Below are positions 9,768 through 17,631 of a DNA stretch of 64,000 nucleotides, piece by piece (the first letter of the stretch is position 1; every line of letters begins with the position of its first letter). The stretch lies in IMG/VR virus record IMGVR_UViG_3300042431_000676, positions 5,610 to 69,609 of that record. One strand, 5' to 3'. Made by a program: the position numbers and the translations under genes. This stretch comes from a virus. Lineage: Duplodnaviria; Caudoviricetes. The notes under the pieces were generated by a model, which had not been told where the DNA came from, searched no databases, and saw nothing but the letters and a program-made list of their open reading frames with translations.

Positions 9768-9769
9768 AT

Positions 9770-10450
9770 ATGTCAGATACAAAAATAAGAACAATTTGTG
9801 TTGATACTCTTACTGGTATTCAGAATGAAGAATACATGAGAGATAAAAAAAAAGCTGGGCATGACAAGTGGAAAGATTATGGAATGGACATCTATACTTT
9901 CATTGGAGACCTACAAAGAAGAGGATTTGAATTAATCTTAATTCTTGGTGAACCTGGTACAGGAAAATCTTCTGGTATGAGAACTTTATTACCTGATACT
10001 AATATTTGGTATAATGCTGATAACAAGAATCCTGTATGGGAAGGTGGTAACAAAGAATATGGTAAGAAAGCTAACCCAAGAGATAGATTTCATGTTATTC
10101 CGAGTAGTTACAAAGAAATCATTAACCATATTGATGCTGGTTTAGCTAACAATGGATTTGAACAAGAAAGATATGCTTTTATTACAGGACATATTGAAAC
10201 TTTCAAATCTGGAAATGAAACAATGCAAAGGTTAAAAGTTCTTGGTAACATGGCTACTAAAATGCAGTTAGAAGGTAAACTTGAATCTGTATTTTATAGT
10301 ATGGTTGAAAAATCAACAGAAGGTTTGAGTTACATTTTAGAAACTCAAAATAATGGTTTTAATACAGCAAGAAGTCCACAGAATCTATTTGAACCAAAAA
10401 TCAGTAATGATTATCAATTCATATTAGAAGCATTGATGAATTATAATTAA
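9770..10450 (+). CDS. AAA_24/Sak4-like P-loop ATPase with permuted motif order
   Basis: LILGEPGTGKSS Walker A, ICVDT Walker-B-like segment, FITGH, TARSP. Confidence 0.75.
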   Translation: MSDTKIRTICVDTLTGIQNEEYMRDKKKAGHDKWKDYGMDIYTFIGDLQRRGFELILILGEPGTGKSSGMRTLLPDTNIWYNADNKNPVWEGGNKEYGKKANPRDRFHVIPSSYKEIINHIDAGLANNGFEQERYAFITGHIETFKSGNETMQRLKVLGNMATKMQLEGKLESVFYSMVEKSTEGLSYILETQNNGFNTARSPQNLFEPKISNDYQFILEALMNYN

Positions 10451-10457
10451 GAATATT

Positions 10458-10625
10458 ATGCAAAAATTACTAATATTCTTTCTTGTAGTTAGTATTCTCT
10501 TAAATATAGGTCTCATTTTAATGTTGTTTTTATCTAAAACAGCAAAAGAAACTTCTTATGAAGAGGAAGAAAACAAAAGATTAGCTCAAGAAGCAAAAGA
10601 GCTTGAAAAAACATTTAAAAATTAA
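10458..10625 (+). CDS. Small membrane-anchored protein (55 aa, not in ORF track)
   Basis: MQKLLIFFLVVSILLNIGLILMLFLSKTAKETSYEEEENKRLAQEAKELEKTFKN; fills the gap in the operon. Confidence 0.6.
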   Translation: MQKLLIFFLVVSILLNIGLILMLFLSKTAKETSYEEEENKRLAQEAKELEKTFKN

Positions 10626-10638
10626 ATTAGTTTATATT

Positions 10639-10995
10639 ATGTCAGTAGAACAAGAAGTTAAAAAAGATATTACTGTATCAGCAGTATTAGCTTTATTAGA
10701 TGAAGGTAAAAGCAGAGAAGAAATTGCTGCTCATTTCGGAGAAACTGTAAGTGCTATGAAAGCAACTGTATGGCAACATCCAAAATTGAAAAATCGTAAA
10801 GCAAAAAAACAATTTGCTATCAACTTAATTGATGATACAGATGGTGAAGCAAATACTACTCAAGAAGTAGCTTTTGAAGAAGAAGCTGTACAAGAAGTAA
10901 TTGATACAGTTGAAGAGAATCAAGATGATGTAATTGTAGGTGAAACAGCAGAAGAAGCTGTTACTGCTCCTACAAGTGCTAATGGTACTTGGTAA
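10639..10995 (+). CDS. HTH-like protein with acidic tail
   Basis: LLDEGKSREEIAAHFG helix-turn-helix-like segment; INLIDDT motif; acidic C-terminus ending TW. Confidence 0.6.
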   Translation: MSVEQEVKKDITVSAVLALLDEGKSREEIAAHFGETVSAMKATVWQHPKLKNRKAKKQFAINLIDDTDGEANTTQEVAFEEEAVQEVIDTVEENQDDVIVGETAEEAVTAPTSANGTW

Positions 10996-11026
10996 TTAAT
11001 TAATCATTTAAAATTTTAAAATAGTT

Positions 11027-11785
11027 ATGACTAAAAACATTTTCGCAGTTAATGATACAGATGAATCATTAAAAAGTAAAGCATCAGGTAAATTTGGTTT
11101 AAATCAAGGTTTTATCTCAAAGTTTGAATTTATTACTGATGGTGGAGCAAATAATGGTCCAGCAAATGCAGTAGATATTTGGTTCAAAGTAGATGAAAAA
11201 GAATACAGAAGAAGATTGTATGAAGATACAGGAGCTTTATTTGGTAAAAATAATACTAAAGTAAATCCTGGTGAGGCTGGATATGAAGATTTGTATTTTG
11301 ATTCTATGGGTCAAAAAGTTGCTGTTATCAAACATTGTTTAAAAGCAGTAGGTGTAGTACAAACTCAAATTGATGCTGTAGTTGCAACTATCAATCCTGC
11401 TGATATTGTTGCTGGTATTAAATCTTTAGTAGGTCTTGTTCCTGCTGATTTTGCTACAAAACCTGTAGATGTATTCTTGGAATATCAATGGCAAATTTCA
11501 GAAGGTCAGGATAGAACTTATCTTCAAGTACCTAAAAATATGACTGGTGGTTATTTCACTTGTCCTGCACAAGTTGGTGTTTGGTTAGAAAAAAGAGGAG
11601 AAGATGGTTCTCTTACTTATGTAAATCAAAATGGTCAAGTACATCCTATTGATAAAGATAAAAACTTTATGGAAGGATTTAAAGCTAATCAACAAATTGA
11701 AGGTCAAGAGACAGCAAATAATACTTTAGCTCAAGCAGCTAATATGCAACCTGGAAATGGTGCTGCTCAAAAATCTACTTGGTAG
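11027..11785 (+). CDS. Putative single-stranded DNA-binding protein
   Basis: Lies between the Sak4-like ATPase and primase; beta-rich N-terminus, flexible tail ending in an aromatic residue; inference. Confidence 0.5.
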   Translation: MTKNIFAVNDTDESLKSKASGKFGLNQGFISKFEFITDGGANNGPANAVDIWFKVDEKEYRRRLYEDTGALFGKNNTKVNPGEAGYEDLYFDSMGQKVAVIKHCLKAVGVVQTQIDAVVATINPADIVAGIKSLVGLVPADFATKPVDVFLEYQWQISEGQDRTYLQVPKNMTGGYFTCPAQVGVWLEKRGEDGSLTYVNQNGQVHPIDKDKNFMEGFKANQQIEGQETANNTLAQAANMQPGNGAAQKSTW

Positions 11786-11813
11786 AAATCATTAAACAAT
11801 AAACCTCTTTTAT

Positions 11814-11821
11814 TATATTTG
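11814..11821 (+). promoter_or_regulatory. Bacteroidota sigma-A -7 element (TAnnTTTG)
   Basis: TATATTTG in the intergenic gap about 20 nt upstream of primase. Confidence 0.55.
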
Positions 11822-11840
11822 CCATCTTTAAAAATATTAT

Positions 11841-12875
11841 ATGAATAAGAATGTTTTTACATCTGACAATACTGATAGAAGAGGTTTTATTAATCAAAAT
11901 GTTATTCTTGAATATGTTACAGAAGAAGAGATTTTTGAATTAGTTTTTGGTTTTCAACCAGAAGAATATAGTTATGTTACTTCTCCTTTTAGAAATGATA
12001 GAAATCCAGGTTGTTGGTTTGAAAGAACTACATCTCATACTGGAAAATTAAGATTTATTGATTATGCTAATAGCAGAGTTAATAAACCTATGGATTGTTT
12101 TGATGCTGTACAGCAATACTTTAAAATTTCTAATTTCTACCTTACACTTGAATATGTGTATAACAGACTAATAAAGAATAAGAATGTAATTGCAGAAAAA
12201 AGAATCCAACATATCATACAAAGAAAAGAAGTAATAATTAATTTTGATTCAAGACCATTTTTAAAAAAAGATGGTGTATTTTGGGAAAATAGATATGGAA
12301 TAACTAAAGAGAATTTGATAGAAGATAAAGTTTTTGCGATTAACAAATATCATATATCAAATTCAAAAAAAGGAGATTTCAGTAGTAGATGTTATGATAT
12401 TTGCTATGGATATACAGATTTTAATAATGGTAGAAAAAAACTTTATTTTCCTTATAGAGAAGGTAAAGGTAGATTTGTTTCTACTTGTACAAAAGATGAT
12501 ATTGGTGGTTTAAATAAATTACCTCCTTTTGGAAATCAATTAATTATTACTAAATCATATAAGGACTGGAGAGTTCTTATAAATAATGGTAAATATGCAA
12601 TATGGTTTCAGAATGAAGGTATGATACCAGATTCTACAATTTTAATTCCTATAATTAAAAGATTTAATAAAGTTATTGTATGGTTTGATAATGATACTCA
12701 AGGGATTGAGAGTTCTCAAAAAATCAGTAATTTAATCAATTCTTATTTTCCTAATAAATGTAATTCTTTGTGGCTACCAGAAAAACTAAATGTTATTGGT
12801 ATATCAGACCCTTCTGATTTATTACACAGAAAAGGAAAAGAATCTTTAGAAGAGTTTTTAATCAAATTCACATGA
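11841..12875 (+). CDS. dnaG: DNA primase, DnaG/TOPRIM type
   Basis: SPFRNDRNPGC N-terminal domain, IITKSYKD, WFDNDTQG, SDPSD. Confidence 0.85.
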   Translation: MNKNVFTSDNTDRRGFINQNVILEYVTEEEIFELVFGFQPEEYSYVTSPFRNDRNPGCWFERTTSHTGKLRFIDYANSRVNKPMDCFDAVQQYFKISNFYLTLEYVYNRLIKNKNVIAEKRIQHIIQRKEVIINFDSRPFLKKDGVFWENRYGITKENLIEDKVFAINKYHISNSKKGDFSSRCYDICYGYTDFNNGRKKLYFPYREGKGRFVSTCTKDDIGGLNKLPPFGNQLIITKSYKDWRVLINNGKYAIWFQNEGMIPDSTILIPIIKRFNKVIVWFDNDTQGIESSQKISNLINSYFPNKCNSLWLPEKLNVIGISDPSDLLHRKGKESLEEFLIKFT

Positions 12876-13621
12876 AACCCACAGACAAAATTCATTTTTC
12901 TTGGCTTCCCTTATTAACAGGGTTGTTAAATCAAGAAGAAATGTTAAGATTAAATCAAGAAGTATTACCTACTTCTATATATTACCCAGAAAAACAGAAT
13001 ATTTTTAGAGTGTTTCAAAAACCTGTTTCAGAAATCAAAGTTGTTATCTTGGGTCAAGACCCATATCCTACAAAAGGAAATGCAAATGGATTAGCATTTG
13101 CTGTAAATTCTGATGTAAAAGTTCCTGTAAGTTTAAAAAATATTTATAAAGAGTTAGAAAATGAAAAATTGTTAAATCAAACATTATCTCATACTTTAAA
13201 TGAATATAATACTGAATGGAAAACTTTAGAACATTGGGAACAACAAGGTGTATTTTTACTAAATACAGCTTTGACAGTTGAATCAGGAAAACCTGGAAGT
13301 CATCTTAAATATTGGGAAGATTTTACAAAGAAAGTTATTTGGTATATTGCTTCCACTAATCCATGTATATGGTTATTGTGGGGAAAGAAAGCACAAATGT
13401 TTATTTCAAATATGCCAAAAAAAACACTCTTTGATGTAAAAAATTATAGTAAAGAAACTATAAAAGATGTTCCTAATAGTCCATATATGAACTATATTTT
13501 AAGAGCAGCACATCCAGCAGCAGAAGCATATTCTTCAAATGCTGGTTTTTTTGGTTGTAATCATTTCAGTTATGTTAATACAATATTAGAGAAAAAATCT
13601 CTAAACAAAATCAATTGGTAA
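12872..13621 (+). CDS. ung: Uracil-DNA glycosylase family 1
   Basis: VVILGQDPYP, GLAF, QGVFLLNTALTV, LWG, HPAA, GFFGCNHF. Confidence 0.95.
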   Translation: MKPTDKIHFSWLPLLTGLLNQEEMLRLNQEVLPTSIYYPEKQNIFRVFQKPVSEIKVVILGQDPYPTKGNANGLAFAVNSDVKVPVSLKNIYKELENEKLLNQTLSHTLNEYNTEWKTLEHWEQQGVFLLNTALTVESGKPGSHLKYWEDFTKKVIWYIASTNPCIWLLWGKKAQMFISNMPKKTLFDVKNYSKETIKDVPNSPYMNYILRAAHPAAEAYSSNAGFFGCNHFSYVNTILEKKSLNKINW

Positions 13622-13641
13622 ATTTTTAAAAAATTAAAAAA

Positions 13642-14514
13642 ATGAGTACACAAACAAGTACAGCAAGAGTTATTACACTTTATGCTACAAAAGGAGCAAA
13701 AAAAGCAAAATTGGAAACAGAAGTTTCAACTTGGGGTGAATTAAAATCTCTGATTAAAAGTGAAGGTTATGACCTTGACAAATTACATGCTACAGAAAAC
13801 ATTAACAAAACAGACCTTGTTAATGATGCAGCAGTATTACCAGCAGGTGATTTTACTGTTTTTATGAGACCTAAACAAGTTAAATCTGGTGGTAGAGGAG
13901 ATGGTTTATCTTATAAAGATATTAAAGCTGTTATCAAAGATGATTTTACTTCTTTTAAAGAAGCAGCAGATGCTCACTATAATCAAGAAAAAAACTATAC
14001 TACAAAAGGTACTGAAATCTTGAGAGAGTTATTAAACACTTTTGTTGCTCCTTCTGGTGCTGCAAAAGCAGATGTTAAAGAAGAAGTTGCTCCTGTAGCT
14101 ACTGAAACTACTACAGTAACAGAAACTCCTTCTACTCCTGTAAGAACTATTACAAATGCTGATAGAGTTGAACAAGTTGAAACTTTATTAAAAGAAATTT
14201 GTGATAATACAGAAAATGAAGATGTTTCTGATAGAGCAAATGAAATTCTTGATGATTATTTACCTGGTTTAAAAGAAGAAGTTGAAAATGATGATACTGC
14301 TACTGTAACAACTGTTGCAGATGTAGTAGCTTCTGTTGCTGCTTCAAAAGATAATGAATCTCCTGAAGATGAAGGTAGAAGAATTGCAAGAGAAAAAGCT
14401 GAAAAAGAAGAGCAAGAAAAAATTGCTACTGAAAAAGCTGAAAAAGAAGAACAAAAAAGACTTGAAAAAGAAGAAGATGACAGATTAGCTGCTGAAGCTA
14501 AAATGTTTGGATAA
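13642..14514 (+). CDS. Ubiquitin-like (beta-grasp) precursor with C-terminal extension
   Basis: Residues 9-84 show a Ubl-like strand/helix pattern ending FTVFMRPKQVKSGG (GG at 13888-13893); directly upstream of E2/JAB/E1 genes. Confidence 0.65.
   Translation: MSTQTSTARVITLYATKGAKKAKLETEVSTWGELKSLIKSEGYDLDKLHATENINKTDLVNDAAVLPAGDFTVFMRPKQVKSGGRGDGLSYKDIKAVIKDDFTSFKEAADAHYNQEKNYTTKGTEILRELLNTFVAPSGAAKADVKEEVAPVATETTTVTETPSTPVRTITNADRVEQVETLLKEICDNTENEDVSDRANEILDDYLPGLKEEVENDDTATVTTVADVVASVAASKDNESPEDEGRRIAREKAEKEEQEKIATEKAEKEEQKRLEKEEDDRLAAEAKMFG
14383..14460 (+). repeat. 39-nt tandem duplication encoding IAxEKAEKEEQ
   Basis: gaaaaagctgaaaaagaaga(g/a)caa at 14392 and 14431. Confidence 0.7.
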
Positions 14515-14532
14515 TCTTTTCATTTCTATAAC

Positions 14533-14565
14533 AAAAAGCTCTTTACATAAGTAAAGAGCTTTTTT
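14533..14565 (+). terminator. Rho-independent terminator after the Ubl gene
   Basis: aaaaagctctttac-ataa-gtaaagagcttttt perfect stem with T-run. Confidence 0.85.
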
Positions 14566-14579
14566 AATTACTTCAAAAA

Positions 14580-15836
14580 ATGGATTTAAAAATTAATAAA
14601 TCATCTAATAAGTTTCAAAACTATATTAGTTCAGCAAGAATATCAGGATTAACCAGAAATAGAAATTGGTTAAAAAAGATGATTGATAAAGGTAAAATAT
14701 GCTATATTAGTTCAAATGATAGACCTGAAATTCTGCATAAAAGAAACTATGCTATTTTTACAGAACAACTTTTTGAATTAATTACTGTTTTTGAAAGAAA
14801 GTTTGTAGATAAGTGGGATATTCATCTAAATAATAGAAGAATAAGTGATAAAAATTACTATGAAATAAGTTTTATTTTTCATTATCCTAAATTAGAAATT
14901 ACAAATAGTAGTGAACAATCAAGAAATCTATTAGATTTAGTAGTTGTATTACCTGTTACTTTTAGTGTTGATAATAATTGTATTTATACTAAAAGAGTAC
15001 AAGGTACAAGATTAACATTAGTACAGGATGAATGGAATAGAGGATATATGCATAGTCATCTACCTGGTATATCAAAAATTACTGGTTTTAGTGAATGTTT
15101 AACTACAAATAACTTTTGTATTGGTTCAGAAGATTTATCAGAATTAGATATTGAATTATCTGCTGAATTTGATTCAGATAAATTTGAATTAATGCTTTAT
15201 ACTATTGATTCTCTTGTTGCTTGGGAAAGTTTAGAAGGAGGTCCTCATTTTAGAATAGGAGAAATAACAGTAGAATATGCAGCTATAAGAGTTACTACTC
15301 AAACATCTGATATTATAGGTATTTATAGAGAATTTCAAAATTATGAATTATCTGTTTCACAAAAACTACCTTTTAATTTTGTATATATGGATAATATATA
15401 TAAAATTAAAAAAGATTCTGTTTTTACAGAATATTTAAGAGAAGCATTTTTATCTAATGAAAATCTTAAAGATTATATTGTAAAAGTTGTTTGCAAAAAA
15501 GGAAGTGATGGTGAATTTTACACATATCCTGAAATAGGACAAATGATTTCTGGTCCACAATTAATCACAAATAGAATAAAAGAACAAGGTTCTGGTGAAA
15601 TGCCTTTCCTATATATTCAAGGTAAGAAATTATCTTTCAATATATTACCTATTGAACAAATAACAACAATTGATATTTCCGAATATGGAATTTATCCTAA
15701 TTTTTTAGATTATGTCTGTAAACAACTCGAATCCGAAATTTACAAAGCCTGTGTTAGAGGTAGCGGAATTAACTACATTGAAACTTCCAGTAATTATGTC
15801 AGAAGAGATTCTGAACAAAATCAAGTACCTTTGTAA
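14580..15836 (+). CDS. Prokaryotic E2-like (UBC-fold) protein
   Basis: YMHSHLP followed by NFCIG (candidate catalytic Cys at 15117), parallel to the HPN...C signature of E2 enzymes; context between Ubl and JAB. Confidence 0.6.
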   Translation: MDLKINKSSNKFQNYISSARISGLTRNRNWLKKMIDKGKICYISSNDRPEILHKRNYAIFTEQLFELITVFERKFVDKWDIHLNNRRISDKNYYEISFIFHYPKLEITNSSEQSRNLLDLVVVLPVTFSVDNNCIYTKRVQGTRLTLVQDEWNRGYMHSHLPGISKITGFSECLTTNNFCIGSEDLSELDIELSAEFDSDKFELMLYTIDSLVAWESLEGGPHFRIGEITVEYAAIRVTTQTSDIIGIYREFQNYELSVSQKLPFNFVYMDNIYKIKKDSVFTEYLREAFLSNENLKDYIVKVVCKKGSDGEFYTYPEIGQMISGPQLITNRIKEQGSGEMPFLYIQGKKLSFNILPIEQITTIDISEYGIYPNFLDYVCKQLESEIYKACVRGSGINYIETSSNYVRRDSEQNQVPL

Positions 15837-16968
15837 AAATATAAACAAAGATGAATGGTCTGGTGCTTTATTCTACTCTATTGAAGGTAGTATTAAAGAC
15901 CCACTAACATTCAAAATAAAACTGGAAGATATTTTACCATTAGATAAAGGAACATCAGCTTATACAGAATATGAGCTTGATGATAGATACCTTGATTATC
16001 TAATGGAAGATGAAAAAAGAATGGATTGGTATGTAGGTCATATTCATAGTCATAATACTATGGCTGTGTTTTTCTCTGGTACTGATATGGCTGAATTAAA
16101 TGATAATTCTCCATCACACAACTTTTATTTATCATTAATTGTTAATAATTATATGGATTTTATGGCTAAAGTTGCTTTTGTAGCAAGTTTAGAACAAGAA
16201 ATTAAAGAAATTCCATATTTAGCAAATGATGAAGATGGAACTAAATACATAATTGATAGACCAAATATTACTTTGAAAAAAGATAAAATGTTTGTCTATG
16301 ATTGTGAAATTATTTCTCCATTTGAACAAGTAATTGTGGAAGAGGGATTTGATAATAGAGTTAAGGAAATTATGAAACCTAAACCTATTAAACAATTTAC
16401 TCCTCACACATATCCTGCTGTTAATACAGCATTTAGTAATGGTAAATGGATTAATGGTAAATTTGTTCCTAATACTCCTACTGCTATTCCAGTAGTAAAT
16501 AATTTAGAAAATGCTAAATTAGCTAACAAAATCAAGCATTATAAAATAGATGAAAGTAAATTATCAAAAAGAGGTAAAAAAATAAAAGATATTGCTTCTA
16601 TGATTGATTTTAGAACTTTTGATGATTTATCAGAAATTGATGAATTAAGTCCAATTGATACATTCTTGGTAGAGTTAATGAAATTTACTACTCCTATTGA
16701 ACCTGATGAAAATCTTGAAGATGCTTTAGTTTTATTAGAAGATTTAGAAGTACATGCTTATCAAATTGCTTCCTCTGTTATTGAAAATTACACATTTTTG
16801 TATGACAAACATTTTCCTGATTCTACTGATGAAGAATTTATTGAAGATACATATACTGTAATTGATTTATTAGAAGACGAAGTTATGCAATTTCCATTTA
16901 TTAATGTAACAATTGAAGCTATTAAAGCTATGATTGTAGAATTTGAGAAAAATGACACAACAGTATAA
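15712..16968 (+). CDS. JAB/MPN+ (JAMM) metalloprotease
   Basis: EWSG glutamate and HSHNTMAVFFSGTD, an exact HxHx7SxxD JAMM motif (16045-16086). Confidence 0.9.
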   Translation: MSVNNSNPKFTKPVLEVAELTTLKLPVIMSEEILNKIKYLCKNINKDEWSGALFYSIEGSIKDPLTFKIKLEDILPLDKGTSAYTEYELDDRYLDYLMEDEKRMDWYVGHIHSHNTMAVFFSGTDMAELNDNSPSHNFYLSLIVNNYMDFMAKVAFVASLEQEIKEIPYLANDEDGTKYIIDRPNITLKKDKMFVYDCEIISPFEQVIVEEGFDNRVKEIMKPKPIKQFTPHTYPAVNTAFSNGKWINGKFVPNTPTAIPVVNNLENAKLANKIKHYKIDESKLSKRGKKIKDIASMIDFRTFDDLSEIDELSPIDTFLVELMKFTTPIEPDENLEDALVLLEDLEVHAYQIASSVIENYTFLYDKHFPDSTDEEFIEDTYTVIDLLEDEVMQFPFINVTIEAIKAMIVEFEKNDTTV

Positions 16969-17629
16969 TAGATTTAAAGATGCCCCTTGGTTTCCAAAAG
17001 AAAATGAAACTGTAATGGTAGGTGGAGCAGGAGGAATTTCCTCTTGGCTCACATTATTTCTTGCAAGAGCAGGATTTAAACCAATTGTATATGACTTTGA
17101 TATTATTGAAGAACATAATACAGGAGGTCAATTATTTAGACTTTCAGATGTAGGGAAACATAAAGTTTCTGCCTTATCTGAAATTATTAAGGAATTTGCT
17201 AATGATTCAATGTCAGGATTTAACAATAGAATAGATGAAAACTCTCCAACTCACTATTTTATGTTTTCTGGTTTTGACAATATGTTAGCAAGAAAAAATA
17301 TGTTTGAAAACTGGAAAAGAAGTATTGAAAATTGTGCAGTAACACCTATTTTAATTGATGGTAGATTAGAAATGGAACAATTGCAAATTTTCTGTGTAAC
17401 TCCAGACAGAATTGCAGATTATGAAAAAACATTATTTACTGATGAAGAAGTTGAAGATGCACCTTGCACAATGAAACAAACTTCACATGCAGCAGCTATG
17501 ATAGCTACTTTAATGACTGCTTTTTTCACTAATCACATGACAAACATATATGAAAGAGAAGTTGTGAGAGATGTTCCCTTTTATCACGAGTTCTTTATTC
17601 CTTTAGCTTTAACCACTAATAAGTTTTAA
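16952..17629 (+). CDS. ThiF/MoeB/E1-like adenylyltransferase
   Basis: VMVGGAGGISSW nucleotide loop, YDFDIIEEHNTGGQ, GKHKV, FDNMLAR, IDGR, candidate catalytic Cys in APCTMK. Confidence 0.9.
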   Translation: MTQQYNRFKDAPWFPKENETVMVGGAGGISSWLTLFLARAGFKPIVYDFDIIEEHNTGGQLFRLSDVGKHKVSALSEIIKEFANDSMSGFNNRIDENSPTHYFMFSGFDNMLARKNMFENWKRSIENCAVTPILIDGRLEMEQLQIFCVTPDRIADYEKTLFTDEEVEDAPCTMKQTSHAAAMIATLMTAFFTNHMTNIYEREVVRDVPFYHEFFIPLALTTNKF

Positions 17630-17631
17630 AT

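Noticed and set aside
10580-14510. Similar peptides KRLAQEAK (small ORF 10458) and DRLAAEAK (Ubl tail)
   Set aside because: Low-complexity charged helices; similarity plausible by chance
16952-17629. ThiF as a thiamine/molybdopterin or tRNA-modification enzyme
   Set aside because: No thiS/thiG/moaD/moaE-type partners; neighbours are JAB, E2-like and Ubl-like genes
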